Part shown: one piece after another, positions 17,128 to 25,387 of the stretch
How the letters are laid out: every line of letters begins with the position of its first letter
How positions within the stretch are numbered: the stretch's first letter is position 1
Origin: Clostridia bacterium
Lineage (GTDB): Bacteria; Bacillota; Clostridia; Oscillospirales; CAG-272
Assembly: GCA_017560565.1 (NCBI GenBank)
Contig: JAFZET010000279.1
Span: 1 to 41,652 of the forward strand
Length of the DNA: 41,652 nt
Reading direction: 5' to 3'
Notes under the pieces: generated by a model
The model's input: the letters and a program-made list of their open reading frames with translations, nothing else
The model's database searches: none
Told to the model about the DNA's origin: nothing
Translations under genes and position numbers: made by a program

Positions 17128-18404
17128 TGCATAAGAAGCTCATCGTCATCGGCGGCGGTCCCGCAGGTCTTGCGGCAGCCGTATCCGCCGTGGAAAACGG
17201 TCTCTCTCCCGAGGACATCTGTATTCTGGAACGGGACAGCGAACCCGGCGGAATTCTGAACCAGTGCATTCATGCAGGGTTCGGTCTCCATCGGTTCGGG
17301 GAAGAGCTGACCGGTCCCGAATATGCGGGCAGATACATCGAAATGGCTAAAGCCGCCGGGCTGAACATCACGGTCAACGCCATGGTGCTCTCCCTGACGG
17401 AGGATAAAAAAGTCACCTATGTTTCTCCCGAAACCGGTTATGTAACCTGCTCTGCCGATGCCGTGATCCTGGCTATGGGCTGCCGCGAACGGACAAGAGG
17501 GGCACTGAACATCCCCGGTTCCCGTCCCGCAGGCATCTTCACCGCCGGTACCGCCCAGAGATATGTCAATATGGAAGGCTATATGCCCGGCAAACGGGTG
17601 GTCATCCTGGGTTCCGGCGACATCGGTCTGATCATGGCACGCCGTATGACCCTGGAAGGCGCAAAGGTTCTGTGTGTCTGCGAACTGATGCCCTACTCCG
17701 GGGGTCTTGCAAGAAATATCGTCCAGTGTCTGGAAGACTTTGATATCCCGCTGTATCTTTCCCACACCGTTACTGCCATCGGCGGCAAGGATCGTGTAGA
17801 ATCCGTCACCGTGGCACAGGTGGACGAAAACCGGAAACCCATCCCCGGCACAGAAATAACATACGACTGTGACACCCTTCTGCTCTCAGTGGGTCTGATC
17901 CCCGAAAACGAACTGACCAGAGGTGCCGGCATTCCCATTGACCGGATGACAAACGGTGCTTTCGTCAACCAGAACCGGGAAACCGAAACGGAAGGCATCT
18001 ACGCCTGCGGTAATGTGCTCCACGTACACGATCTGGTAGACTTCGTTTCCGAAGAAGCCGCCATTGCCGGTCGTGCCGCTGCTGAACGTATTCTCGGCAA
18101 AACCGCACCTTCCGCACACGCTGTGGCTGTGAAAACCGGCTTCGGTGTGCGCTACACCGTACCGGAACGGATCGACATCCCGGCAGACCCTTCCGAAGAG
18201 GTGCGTCTGTTCTTCCGGGTAACGGATATCTACAAAAAAGTCCGCCTGACCGTTACGGATGACGCAGGAAATGTGCTGGTCAGAAAAGCAAAATCGGCAG
18301 TAGCTCCCGGCGAGATGGAATCCCTCTCCCTGTCCGCAGAAATCCTGAAGAACCTTGCCGATGCAGAATGCGCATCCATCACCGTTGCACTGGAGGTACT
18401 ATAA
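17124..18404 (+). CDS. NAD(P)/FAD-dependent pyridine nucleotide-disulfide-family oxidoreductase
   Basis: KKLIVIGGGPAGLAAA and VVILGSGDIGLIMA form two dinucleotide folds, and GIYACGNV is present. The start overlaps the upstream stop (ATGA at 17124-17127). Confidence 0.85.
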   Translation: MMHKKLIVIGGGPAGLAAAVSAVENGLSPEDICILERDSEPGGILNQCIHAGFGLHRFGEELTGPEYAGRYIEMAKAAGLNITVNAMVLSLTEDKKVTYVSPETGYVTCSADAVILAMGCRERTRGALNIPGSRPAGIFTAGTAQRYVNMEGYMPGKRVVILGSGDIGLIMARRMTLEGAKVLCVCELMPYSGGLARNIVQCLEDFDIPLYLSHTVTAIGGKDRVESVTVAQVDENRKPIPGTEITYDCDTLLLSVGLIPENELTRGAGIPIDRMTNGAFVNQNRETETEGIYACGNVLHVHDLVDFVSEEAAIAGRAAAERILGKTAPSAHAVAVKTGFGVRYTVPERIDIPADPSEEVRLFFRVTDIYKKVRLTVTDDAGNVLVRKAKSAVAPGEMESLSLSAEILKNLADAECASITVALEVL

Positions 18405-18405
18405 C

Positions 18406-18771
18406 ATGGAAACAAGAGAACTGACCTGTGTTGTCTGCCCCGCCGGATGCAAAATCACCGTCACGCTGGAGGATGGAAAAATCACCGATATCACCGGGCA
18501 GACCTGCCCCCGCGGGAAGACCTATGCCCAGAATGAAGTGACCCATCCCGTGCGTACCCTGACCACCACTGTTCTGATGGACAATGCGGCAGGCGGTGCG
18601 AAAACGCTGCCCGTGAAGACAAACAAGCCTCTGTCCAAGGGTCTGCTGTTTGCCGCCATGGAAGAGCTTGCCGGATATACTGTAACCGCCCCCGTTGCCG
18701 TCGGCGATGTTCTGGTGAAGGATTTCATGGAACCCGGTATAGATCTGGTTGCCTGCAAGACTGTAAAATAA
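18406..18771 (+). CDS. DUF1667 domain protein (third subunit of the GlpA-like trio)
   Basis: METRELTCVVCPAGCKITV...GQTCPRGKTYAQNEVTHPVRTLTTTV is the DUF1667 pattern. The ATG lies 1 nt after the upstream TAA, with GGAGG at ~18393. The track start at 18355 is an upstream extension. Confidence 0.8.
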   Translation: METRELTCVVCPAGCKITVTLEDGKITDITGQTCPRGKTYAQNEVTHPVRTLTTTVLMDNAAGGAKTLPVKTNKPLSKGLLFAAMEELAGYTVTAPVAVGDVLVKDFMEPGIDLVACKTVK

Positions 18772-18774
18772 GCC

Positions 18775-18820
18775 AAAACGAGAGTAGCAGGATTTTTCCG
18801 TCCTGTATCTCTCGTTTTTT
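18775..18820 (+). terminator. Intrinsic terminator after the DUF1667 gene
   Basis: AAAACGAGAG (18775-18784) pairs with CTCTCGTTTT (18809-18818), with an inner CAGGA/TCCTG stem. The T-run extends to 18820. Confidence 0.75.
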
Positions 18821-18851
18821 GTATATCCATCTGTAATCAGGAGGTATCCTC

Positions 18852-19991
18852 ATGAAACATATCGGACACGAAGTGCTGTTTCTGCCTGCCGGAGAAGGAA
18901 ATCCCCGCAACGGTGAAAGCACCATGATCCGCCTGAAAAACAGCAGTATCCTCTTTGCCTATACCCAGTACTACGGCGAAAGCTGGGATGACCACGCCAT
19001 TGCCCGTCTGGCTGCCTGTATATCCGAAGACGAGGGCGAAACCTGGAGTGCGCCCTTTGCCATCATCGAAAAGGATGAGGGTGCCCAGAACATCATGTCT
19101 CCCAGCCTTGTCCGGATGCCGGGCGGAGATCTGGGCATCATCTACCTGCGTAAGGAAAAAATGCCGGACAACGGCGTGACCTGTATGCCTGTTTTCCGCC
19201 GCTCCTCGGACGAAGGAAAAACATGGAGCGAAATGCAGCCCTGCGCCATTCCGGAAGGTTATTACTGCGGCATTAACGACGGTGCCGTGTGCCTGAAAAA
19301 CGGACGGATCGTTTACCCGCTGTCCTACCACGGGATCCGGTACAACGCCTTCGGCAACTGCACCTTGGAACTAAAACCCCATCCGGCGGATGTACGTTTT
19401 GTGGTTTCCGATGATGACGGAGCAAGCTGGCAGCTTCTTCCGGCGGTGCTGTCCACGCCCTACACCGATATGGTGGGACTGGCGGAACCCGGCGTATACG
19501 AACATGAAGACGGTACCCTCTGGTGCTGGTTCCGTACCGGCTACGGATTCCAGTATCATTCCCACTCAGCCGACGGCGGTATCACCTGGGATCCGGTGGA
19601 GCCAAACTTCTGCTTTACCTCCCCGGACGCCCCCATGCGTGTGAAAAAAGTGGGAGACAAAACGGCAGCCGTATTCAATCCCCAGCCGTACAACTGTCTG
19701 CGGACGGATACCGAAGTCTGGTCCAGCCCCAAACGAACCCCCATCGTCTGCGCCATCAGCGAAAACGACGGTCACTCCTTCGCCGACCGGGGCATCACTT
19801 CCGTCAACGGCGGTCTGCGGCAGTTTACGGCAAACACATACCTGCTGGAAACCGACCTGACCAACAGCTACTGCTACCCCTCCATTCAGGAGGTCTCCGA
19901 TGGTTTTCTGGTTTCCTATTACCACAGCAACAACACCCCCGCCTGCCTGAACAGCTCCAAGATCGTGAAGATCCTCTGGGATGAGCTGTAA
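18852..19991 (+). CDS. BNR/Asp-box beta-propeller protein (sialidase-like, GH33-like fold), no signal peptide
   Basis: Five Asp-boxes are present (SEDEGETW, SSDEGKTW, SDDDGASW, SADGGITW, SENDGHSF). RBS AGGAGG lies upstream of the ATG. The N-terminus MKHIGHEVLFLPAGEGN is not a secretion signal. Confidence 0.75.
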   Translation: MKHIGHEVLFLPAGEGNPRNGESTMIRLKNSSILFAYTQYYGESWDDHAIARLAACISEDEGETWSAPFAIIEKDEGAQNIMSPSLVRMPGGDLGIIYLRKEKMPDNGVTCMPVFRRSSDEGKTWSEMQPCAIPEGYYCGINDGAVCLKNGRIVYPLSYHGIRYNAFGNCTLELKPHPADVRFVVSDDDGASWQLLPAVLSTPYTDMVGLAEPGVYEHEDGTLWCWFRTGYGFQYHSHSADGGITWDPVEPNFCFTSPDAPMRVKKVGDKTAAVFNPQPYNCLRTDTEVWSSPKRTPIVCAISENDGHSFADRGITSVNGGLRQFTANTYLLETDLTNSYCYPSIQEVSDGFLVSYYHSNNTPACLNSSKIVKILWDEL

Positions 19992-20033
19992 AGATATCTC
20001 CTTCAGCCTGAAAAAACCGCCGTTTCCCTTCTC

Positions 20034-20062
20034 TTGACATCCCCTCACCAGTATGTTATAAT
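20034..20062 (+). promoter_or_regulatory. Consensus sigma-A promoter for the C-N hydrolase gene
   Basis: TTGACA (20034-20039), an exact 17-nt spacer, then TATAAT (20057-20062) preceded by TGt (extended -10). Both hexamers match consensus perfectly. Confidence 0.75.
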
Positions 20063-20101
20063 ACGAAAAACAGCAGCCACACTGCTTTTCGGGAGGTTCC
20101 T

Positions 20102-21067
20102 ATGGTAAATAAAGTCCGAATCAGTCTGCTGGGCTATCCCCCGCCGTCTGCTGCTTTCGGCGGAGATTACGAAGCCCACGTTTCCCAGATGCAGCATTAT
20201 CTGAACGCCCAGCTCCGGGATGTTCTGCCCGACCGCCCCGACCTGATCGTGGTTCCGGAAGCCTGCGACCGCTATCCTGCCTTCACCATGGATCAGCGCA
20301 AGGAATACTACCGTGTCCGCGGCGACCGTATCCGGGATTTCTACAGTGACATTGCCCGGAAGCACCACTGCTATATCGCCTATTCCGCCTGCCGCTATCT
20401 GCCGGAGGAAAGCGTGAATCCCTTCCGCAACTGCACCCAGATCATTGACCGTGACGGTAAGGTGGTGGGTGTATACAACAAAAATCATCTGGTTCCCTCG
20501 GAACTGGACAGCGGCGAGATTGCCTACGGTACCGAAGCCCCGGTGTTCGAACTGGATTTCGGCAGAGTAGGCTGCGCCATCTGCTTCGATCTCAACTACA
20601 TGGAACTGATGCGCCGCTATGCCGAACAGAAGCCCCAGCTGATCCTGTTCTCCTCCATGTACCACGGCGGCATGGTACAGCAGGAATGGGCGTACAACTG
20701 CCGTGCCTATTTCGCAGGTGCTGTCTGCAATGACCAGTGCCGTGTGCTGAACCCCTTCGGGGAGGAACAGTTCACCTCCACCAACTACCAGCACTACATC
20801 ACCGGCACCGTCAATCTGGACTATATGCTGGCACACATCGACCACAACCGTGCGGACGGGAAATTCCGTGCCGCCAAGGAAAAATACGGTGAAAACCTCA
20901 TCATCCACGATCCGGGTCACATCGGTGCGGTCATGCTGACCTACGAAGGCACAGACAAAACGGTTTGGGACATCGTAAAGGAATTTGACATCGAACCGCT
21001 GGATGATTATTTCAACCGGTGCCGTGCCCACAGAGCTGCCGCCGTCTCCGCCGAAGACATTCCGTAA
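20102..21067 (+). CDS. Carbon-nitrogen hydrolase (nitrilase superfamily) protein
   Basis: Glu-Lys-Cys triad contexts are present: LIVVPEA, VYNKNHLV, VGCAICFDLNY. RBS GGGAGG lies upstream. Confidence 0.8.
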   Translation: MVNKVRISLLGYPPPSAAFGGDYEAHVSQMQHYLNAQLRDVLPDRPDLIVVPEACDRYPAFTMDQRKEYYRVRGDRIRDFYSDIARKHHCYIAYSACRYLPEESVNPFRNCTQIIDRDGKVVGVYNKNHLVPSELDSGEIAYGTEAPVFELDFGRVGCAICFDLNYMELMRRYAEQKPQLILFSSMYHGGMVQQEWAYNCRAYFAGAVCNDQCRVLNPFGEEQFTSTNYQHYITGTVNLDYMLAHIDHNRADGKFRAAKEKYGENLIIHDPGHIGAVMLTYEGTDKTVWDIVKEFDIEPLDDYFNRCRAHRAAAVSAEDIP

Positions 21068-21083
21068 ACACCCCTATATACAG

Positions 21084-21119
21084 AAAACCGGGTCATCCTT
21101 CTGGGACAGCCCGGTTTTT
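21084..21119. terminator. Probable bidirectional terminator between convergent genes
   Basis: AAAA-CCGGGTC...GAC(ag)CCCGG-TTTTT. The stem is interrupted by a small bulge. Confidence 0.55.
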
Positions 21120-21136
21120 GTTCGCTTTACAGGTAT

Positions 21137-22177
21137 TCAGTTTTCCCGCAGATATTCCGCCAGACAGGCATCCACATCGGCAAAATGCTTCGGTCGGATC
21201 CCCGCTTTTCTGTATTCCTCCAGATACCGGCAGAGCATACTGTCAAATGCCGCCGCATTCTTTCCGGTGTCTGTGGGATCGAATTCCGCCATCAGATCCG
21301 CCTCCCCGATCCGGACGGAACCTGCAATGTCATCCAGCATGAACTGGCAGGACACCATATTCATGAACGAGGAAAACAGATCGCCGTTTTCTCCCGCCGC
21401 CGCCATTTTATTGCGCCAGTTGGAATACATTTCTTCGTATGTGCCCGCCAGATTTTCACAGCAGGGTTCTTCTTTTTCCTGCGGAACAGTCAGATATTCC
21501 CGTACCGTTTTCAGAAACACCGTCAGTGCCCCCCGGATCTCTTCCGCCGATGCAGCACGGATCACCGTCATGATCAGCGCTTCCGCATCAAAGGGCAGAG
21601 CCAGTGCCGCCAGTTCTTCAAACGTCCGTTTGACACCTTTGTGAAAATACTGTCCATGCCAAAGCATCAGGGCATCCAGCAGTTCACTGATCACAGCCCC
21701 GGCGGCGGTACGCACACCGGAAAGAGTGTCTGTCAGATAGCATTCTGCAAACCACTTTTTGGCTTCTCCCAGATGTTCTTCCGCTTTTTCATACCGTGCA
21801 TCGGAAGCCAGAATTTCCCGTGCCTTCTCCCGCAGTGCTTCCAGCCGCTTTTCCGCCGCCGGATCCTTTACATACACCAGAGGTGCGTCCATCAGCTTGG
21901 ACAGATGTGCGTGACTGCACTGTGCATCTCCTTCCAGAGCTTCCCAGGTGGTGCAGTACATATCGTACCCGATACCCGTATCGTCCAGAATAAATCCGTC
22001 CGCCAGTGCTCTGCCCTTTTCATCATGGATCAGAATCAGAAGATCCAGATCGGATTTTACGTATGTATCCCCTGTGGCACACGACCCGTACAGCCCGATC
22101 AGTGCCAGAGAATCCGGACATACCCGCTCGGCTTTCCGGATAACGGCATCCATGATTTTCTGATGCACTTTGTTCAT
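21137..22177 (-). CDS. Pol-beta-fold nucleotidyltransferase domain protein with a long helical C-terminal region
   Basis: The minimal NTase motif GS..GD....D.D reads LIGLYGSCATGDTYVKSDLDLLILI. The likely start is MNKVHQK at 22177. GGAGGG (22183-22188) lies inside the last codons of the upstream SBP gene, and the junction is TAA-C-ATG. Confidence 0.7.
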   Translation of the reverse strand: MNKVHQKIMDAVIRKAERVCPDSLALIGLYGSCATGDTYVKSDLDLLILIHDEKGRALADGFILDDTGIGYDMYCTTWEALEGDAQCSHAHLSKLMDAPLVYVKDPAAEKRLEALREKAREILASDARYEKAEEHLGEAKKWFAECYLTDTLSGVRTAAGAVISELLDALMLWHGQYFHKGVKRTFEELAALALPFDAEALIMTVIRAASAEEIRGALTVFLKTVREYLTVPQEKEEPCCENLAGTYEEMYSNWRNKMAAAGENGDLFSSFMNMVSCQFMLDDIAGSVRIGEADLMAEFDPTDTGKNAAAFDSMLCRYLEEYRKAGIRPKHFADVDACLAEYLREN

Positions 22178-22178
22178 G

Positions 22179-23681
22179 TTATCCCTCCAGACCGGCAACC
22201 GCTTCCAGAATATCGCCGATGGCTTTTTCTACCTTGGCACGGTTGGAAGCCTCCTTGGAAGCATAGCTGAACGTAGACGCAACCACATTATCCTGCAGGA
22301 AGGTCTGCAGACCGGTAGTGCTGTTGAAAGCAAAGGAAATATCAAAGTTCCGGGAACCGAAGATGATGTCCAGCATTTCCCCGGATGCGGTGTCTCTTGC
22401 ATTCCGCAGGGTCAGGGTATAGTCATAGTATGCCGGCATGATGGTGGAATGCGCATACATTTCATACGCTTCGGTCAGAAGTCCCACCCGTTTGGTATCC
22501 GTGCAGGTCTTGGGGATGGAGATGGCATCCGCATTGTTGTACTGGAAGGTGGAGTAGTATCCATCCTGTTCTGCGCTCAGCTTGGGGAAAGGCAGGATCC
22601 CGAAATCAGACTGCATATCGCCGCCCACCAGGGTTACAGTGGACAACGGCCCCATGAAGAAACCGATCTGGTCGGACATGAACAGTCCCCGGAATTCCGG
22701 CCATTTATCTTTATAGGTTCCCGCCAGATTGCAGTTCATGATGTGATTGCCGCTGTTCATGAACGCATGGATCTGCTCCATACCGTCCACCACATTGGCA
22801 TTGCTCATATTGTACGTGTAGGAACCGTCTTCTTTGATATCGATCAGCTTTTCGCCGCCGCCCAGCAGCAGAGGCAGTACCACTTCATTCTGCAGACCGA
22901 TACCGAATACGTCGGTCCCCCAGGTCATTTCGCCGTCCCCGTTGGTATCCTGCGCCATCTGCTGTCCGTATGCATTGAACAGTTCCAGTGTCCATTCGTT
23001 TTCCTTGACGGTTTCGTACAGATCCGGGATCCCGGCGTTGGCGGTCAGGGTTTTGTTGAACAGAACAACCCATGTACATTTCTTGGCGTTAAGCTGGCTG
23101 TCCCCAATGCCGTAATAGATCTTATCGCCGATGGAAATTCCTTCAATGGCAGTGGAATCCCACCATGCCTTGGAGAAGTCGATGTATTCGATCTCGGACA
23201 TATTCAGCACGTAGCCCTGGATAACCAGCTGGCTCTGATTCTGGGTATGATCCTGGAACACATCAAAGGTGCTGTCACCGCTCTGGATCAGCTTTTTGGC
23301 AGTATTCAGCCGGTCCGTCACCTGCAGTTCCGCAACCTTCACGCCGAACCGGTCCATGATCGCCAGGTTTCTTTCAAACACGGCATCGTTGATCCGTTCC
23401 CCGTTCATTTCTTCCGTATATACATCCCATGTCTGCCATGTCACGGATTCACCGGTACGGTCACGGTACATGACCACATACTCGCTGCCTTCGTAATCCT
23501 TGCAGTCCACGGGCAGATCGTCCGCTTCCGCCGGATCCATGGTTTCTTCGGTTTCTTCTGCCGCTGCAGCAGTATCCCCAGCGGTGGTTTCGGTCCCTTC
23601 CGTACCTGCTTCTCCATTGCCGCAGCCCACAGCAGAAAGCATCAGTGCTGCCAGCAGCATAGCCAGTATCCGTTTTTTCAT
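22179..23681 (-). CDS. Large extracellular solute-binding lipoprotein (likely ABC SBP, sugar type), paralog 1
   Basis: MKKRILAMLLAALMLSAVGC carries a lipobox, followed by a T/E/A-rich linker. It is a clear paralog of 25388..26842 (shared INDAV, FDV.Q.H, WW, GILPxPKL..QDGYY, PAYY). RBS AGGAGA lies 7 nt upstream. Confidence 0.65.
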   Translation of the reverse strand: MKKRILAMLLAALMLSAVGCGNGEAGTEGTETTAGDTAAAAEETEETMDPAEADDLPVDCKDYEGSEYVVMYRDRTGESVTWQTWDVYTEEMNGERINDAVFERNLAIMDRFGVKVAELQVTDRLNTAKKLIQSGDSTFDVFQDHTQNQSQLVIQGYVLNMSEIEYIDFSKAWWDSTAIEGISIGDKIYYGIGDSQLNAKKCTWVVLFNKTLTANAGIPDLYETVKENEWTLELFNAYGQQMAQDTNGDGEMTWGTDVFGIGLQNEVVLPLLLGGGEKLIDIKEDGSYTYNMSNANVVDGMEQIHAFMNSGNHIMNCNLAGTYKDKWPEFRGLFMSDQIGFFMGPLSTVTLVGGDMQSDFGILPFPKLSAEQDGYYSTFQYNNADAISIPKTCTDTKRVGLLTEAYEMYAHSTIMPAYYDYTLTLRNARDTASGEMLDIIFGSRNFDISFAFNSTTGLQTFLQDNVVASTFSYASKEASNRAKVEKAIGDILEAVAGLEG

Positions 23682-23711
23682 GTCTTTATCTCCTATAATT
23701 CGTCTTCCGCA

Positions 23712-25358
23712 TCAAATATTGTGCAGAAGCAGTGTGATCTGTTGCTCTGTATCCGGAACCACGTCCAGTATAAAGTCTGCATACCGGGACTGCCGCACCA
23801 TGGCTTCCGTATATGCAGCCGGAACATCATTTACCAGAAGTCCCGCACAGGCCGTACCCTCCGGCAGAAGCACATGGCCTTCCACCCGCCGGCAGGGAGC
23901 CCGCAGCACAAATTCCATACGATCCTGTGACAAACGGTATCCGTACTGTACCAGTGTAGCTGAAATTTCGTACCCGGTGTAGTATTCCATCTCCGTTCGG
24001 CCTGTCACAACCCAGCGGGGAGAGAAGCCCAGTACATCATACCGGACGCCCCTGTCTTCCAGACCCGCCAGCCCTTCTTCGATGGCACCCAGAATCTCCG
24101 CCGCCCCCCAGCCGACAGGACCGCCGTTCACATCCGCACCATCCGCCGGATCGTACATGAAGAATATCTTCCCGTCTTTCTGAGCAAGGTTCTGCAGGCG
24201 GCAGAGAATATCCCAGCCGTATGCTTCATACCCATGCCGGAACGCCGCCAGAGCCAGCTGTCCCGCTGCCACGGAGGAGATGGAACCATTGATATAGGTT
24301 CCCCCTTCATAACTGCCGAACATGGGATAGGGCGGATCCAGCGTAAACCATTCCGCAAACTTCCCGCCGTTCTCCCTGCGCCGGATGTATTCTTCCAGAA
24401 TGGAGCAGGCCTGCTCATGGGTTGCCGCTCCCCGGTTGATGCTGTAGCATTCGGAAAGAGAGAGCATTTCCCGCTCGTCCATGCCCAGTCCGTCATGATT
24501 CAGATGAAGATTGTGCGTGAAGATCTTTCCGTTCCAGAGATACCGGACGATACTCTGCCGCAGGGTCTCTGCCCGGTCTTCCCACGACACCGCCTTTTCT
24601 TCCTCCCCGCAAATCCGCCGCATCCGGGCAAGGATACGCATGGCCGCATATACCCCGGTGTTGTCGCCGTAGAATACGGACATGGGAGAATCTTCATAGA
24701 TCAACCTGGGTTTGCCGAAGTATTTCCCGTGGGTAAAATCGAACATATCCACGGAAAATTCCCGTTTTACCAGCCCCAGGGAAGGTTCCCACCGTTTTTC
24801 ATGGGAGGTACAGTAGTCAATCCCCTTTTCCAACCGGGGCAGCATCCACCGGAGCCATTCTGTATCCCCGGTAGCCTGATATACCTGCCATACCCCTTCC
24901 ACCATCAGAAACTCGATATCCGCTTCCATTTCGATCCGCCCCAGAGCCAGCCCGCCGGGGAAGAATTTCAGAAGTTCCGAATCCCGGTCGCTGCCGCAGA
25001 TTTCCGAGCGGATATGTCCGTCCGTTTCCCTCTGGAGCATTTCATAGAAAAATCCCGTTTCCGTCTGGTGTTCGGCGATAAAGGTCAGATAGTCCTTCAG
25101 GGTAAATTCCCAGTGTTTGAAGGCTTTCAGTTCAAAAATGTAGTCCCGCAGCCATTTGGGATTGAGCCGGACAATCTTCCCATCCACAAATGCGGTAAAC
25201 GTGTCAAATTCCACCTGCCGCTCCAGCAGGCGCATGAATCCGTCAAAGCTCAGGGTATCCGATTCTTTTCCCGTCCCCCGTCGATGTCCGAAGCCGGGTC
25301 TTTCGCACCGCTCCCCCGTGGTGGGAATATGTCCGTAGGATAAGCTATGAAGTGTCAT
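23712..25358 (-). CDS. Cytoplasmic (alpha/alpha)6 six-hairpin glycosidase-like protein, family unresolved
   Basis: 548 aa with no signal peptide. The helical-repeat content resembles the debranching/rhamnosidase-type toroid (GDTEWLRWMLPRLEKGIDY, GDNTGVYAAMRILARM, YINGSISSVAAGQLALAAFRHGYEAYGWDIL). RBS AGGAGAA lies 7 nt upstream. The family call is by eye only. Confidence 0.55.
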   Translation of the reverse strand: MTLHSLSYGHIPTTGERCERPGFGHRRGTGKESDTLSFDGFMRLLERQVEFDTFTAFVDGKIVRLNPKWLRDYIFELKAFKHWEFTLKDYLTFIAEHQTETGFFYEMLQRETDGHIRSEICGSDRDSELLKFFPGGLALGRIEMEADIEFLMVEGVWQVYQATGDTEWLRWMLPRLEKGIDYCTSHEKRWEPSLGLVKREFSVDMFDFTHGKYFGKPRLIYEDSPMSVFYGDNTGVYAAMRILARMRRICGEEEKAVSWEDRAETLRQSIVRYLWNGKIFTHNLHLNHDGLGMDEREMLSLSECYSINRGAATHEQACSILEEYIRRRENGGKFAEWFTLDPPYPMFGSYEGGTYINGSISSVAAGQLALAAFRHGYEAYGWDILCRLQNLAQKDGKIFFMYDPADGADVNGGPVGWGAAEILGAIEEGLAGLEDRGVRYDVLGFSPRWVVTGRTEMEYYTGYEISATLVQYGYRLSQDRMEFVLRAPCRRVEGHVLLPEGTACAGLLVNDVPAAYTEAMVRQSRYADFILDVVPDTEQQITLLLHNI

Positions 25359-25387
25359 ACCGTTGTTCTCCTGCTGTGCTCCCCGGA

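Noticed and set aside
22170-23930. Long + strand ORFs mirroring minus-strand genes: 22170..23930, 24234..25343, 25577..26893, 28823..30184, 31919..33484, 33655..35499, 35072..36634 and 38517..39803.
   Set aside because: Each lies opposite a gene with motifs, an RBS and paralogy support. The translations are His/Arg/Pro/Phe-rich and span gene boundaries. They are antisense shadows.
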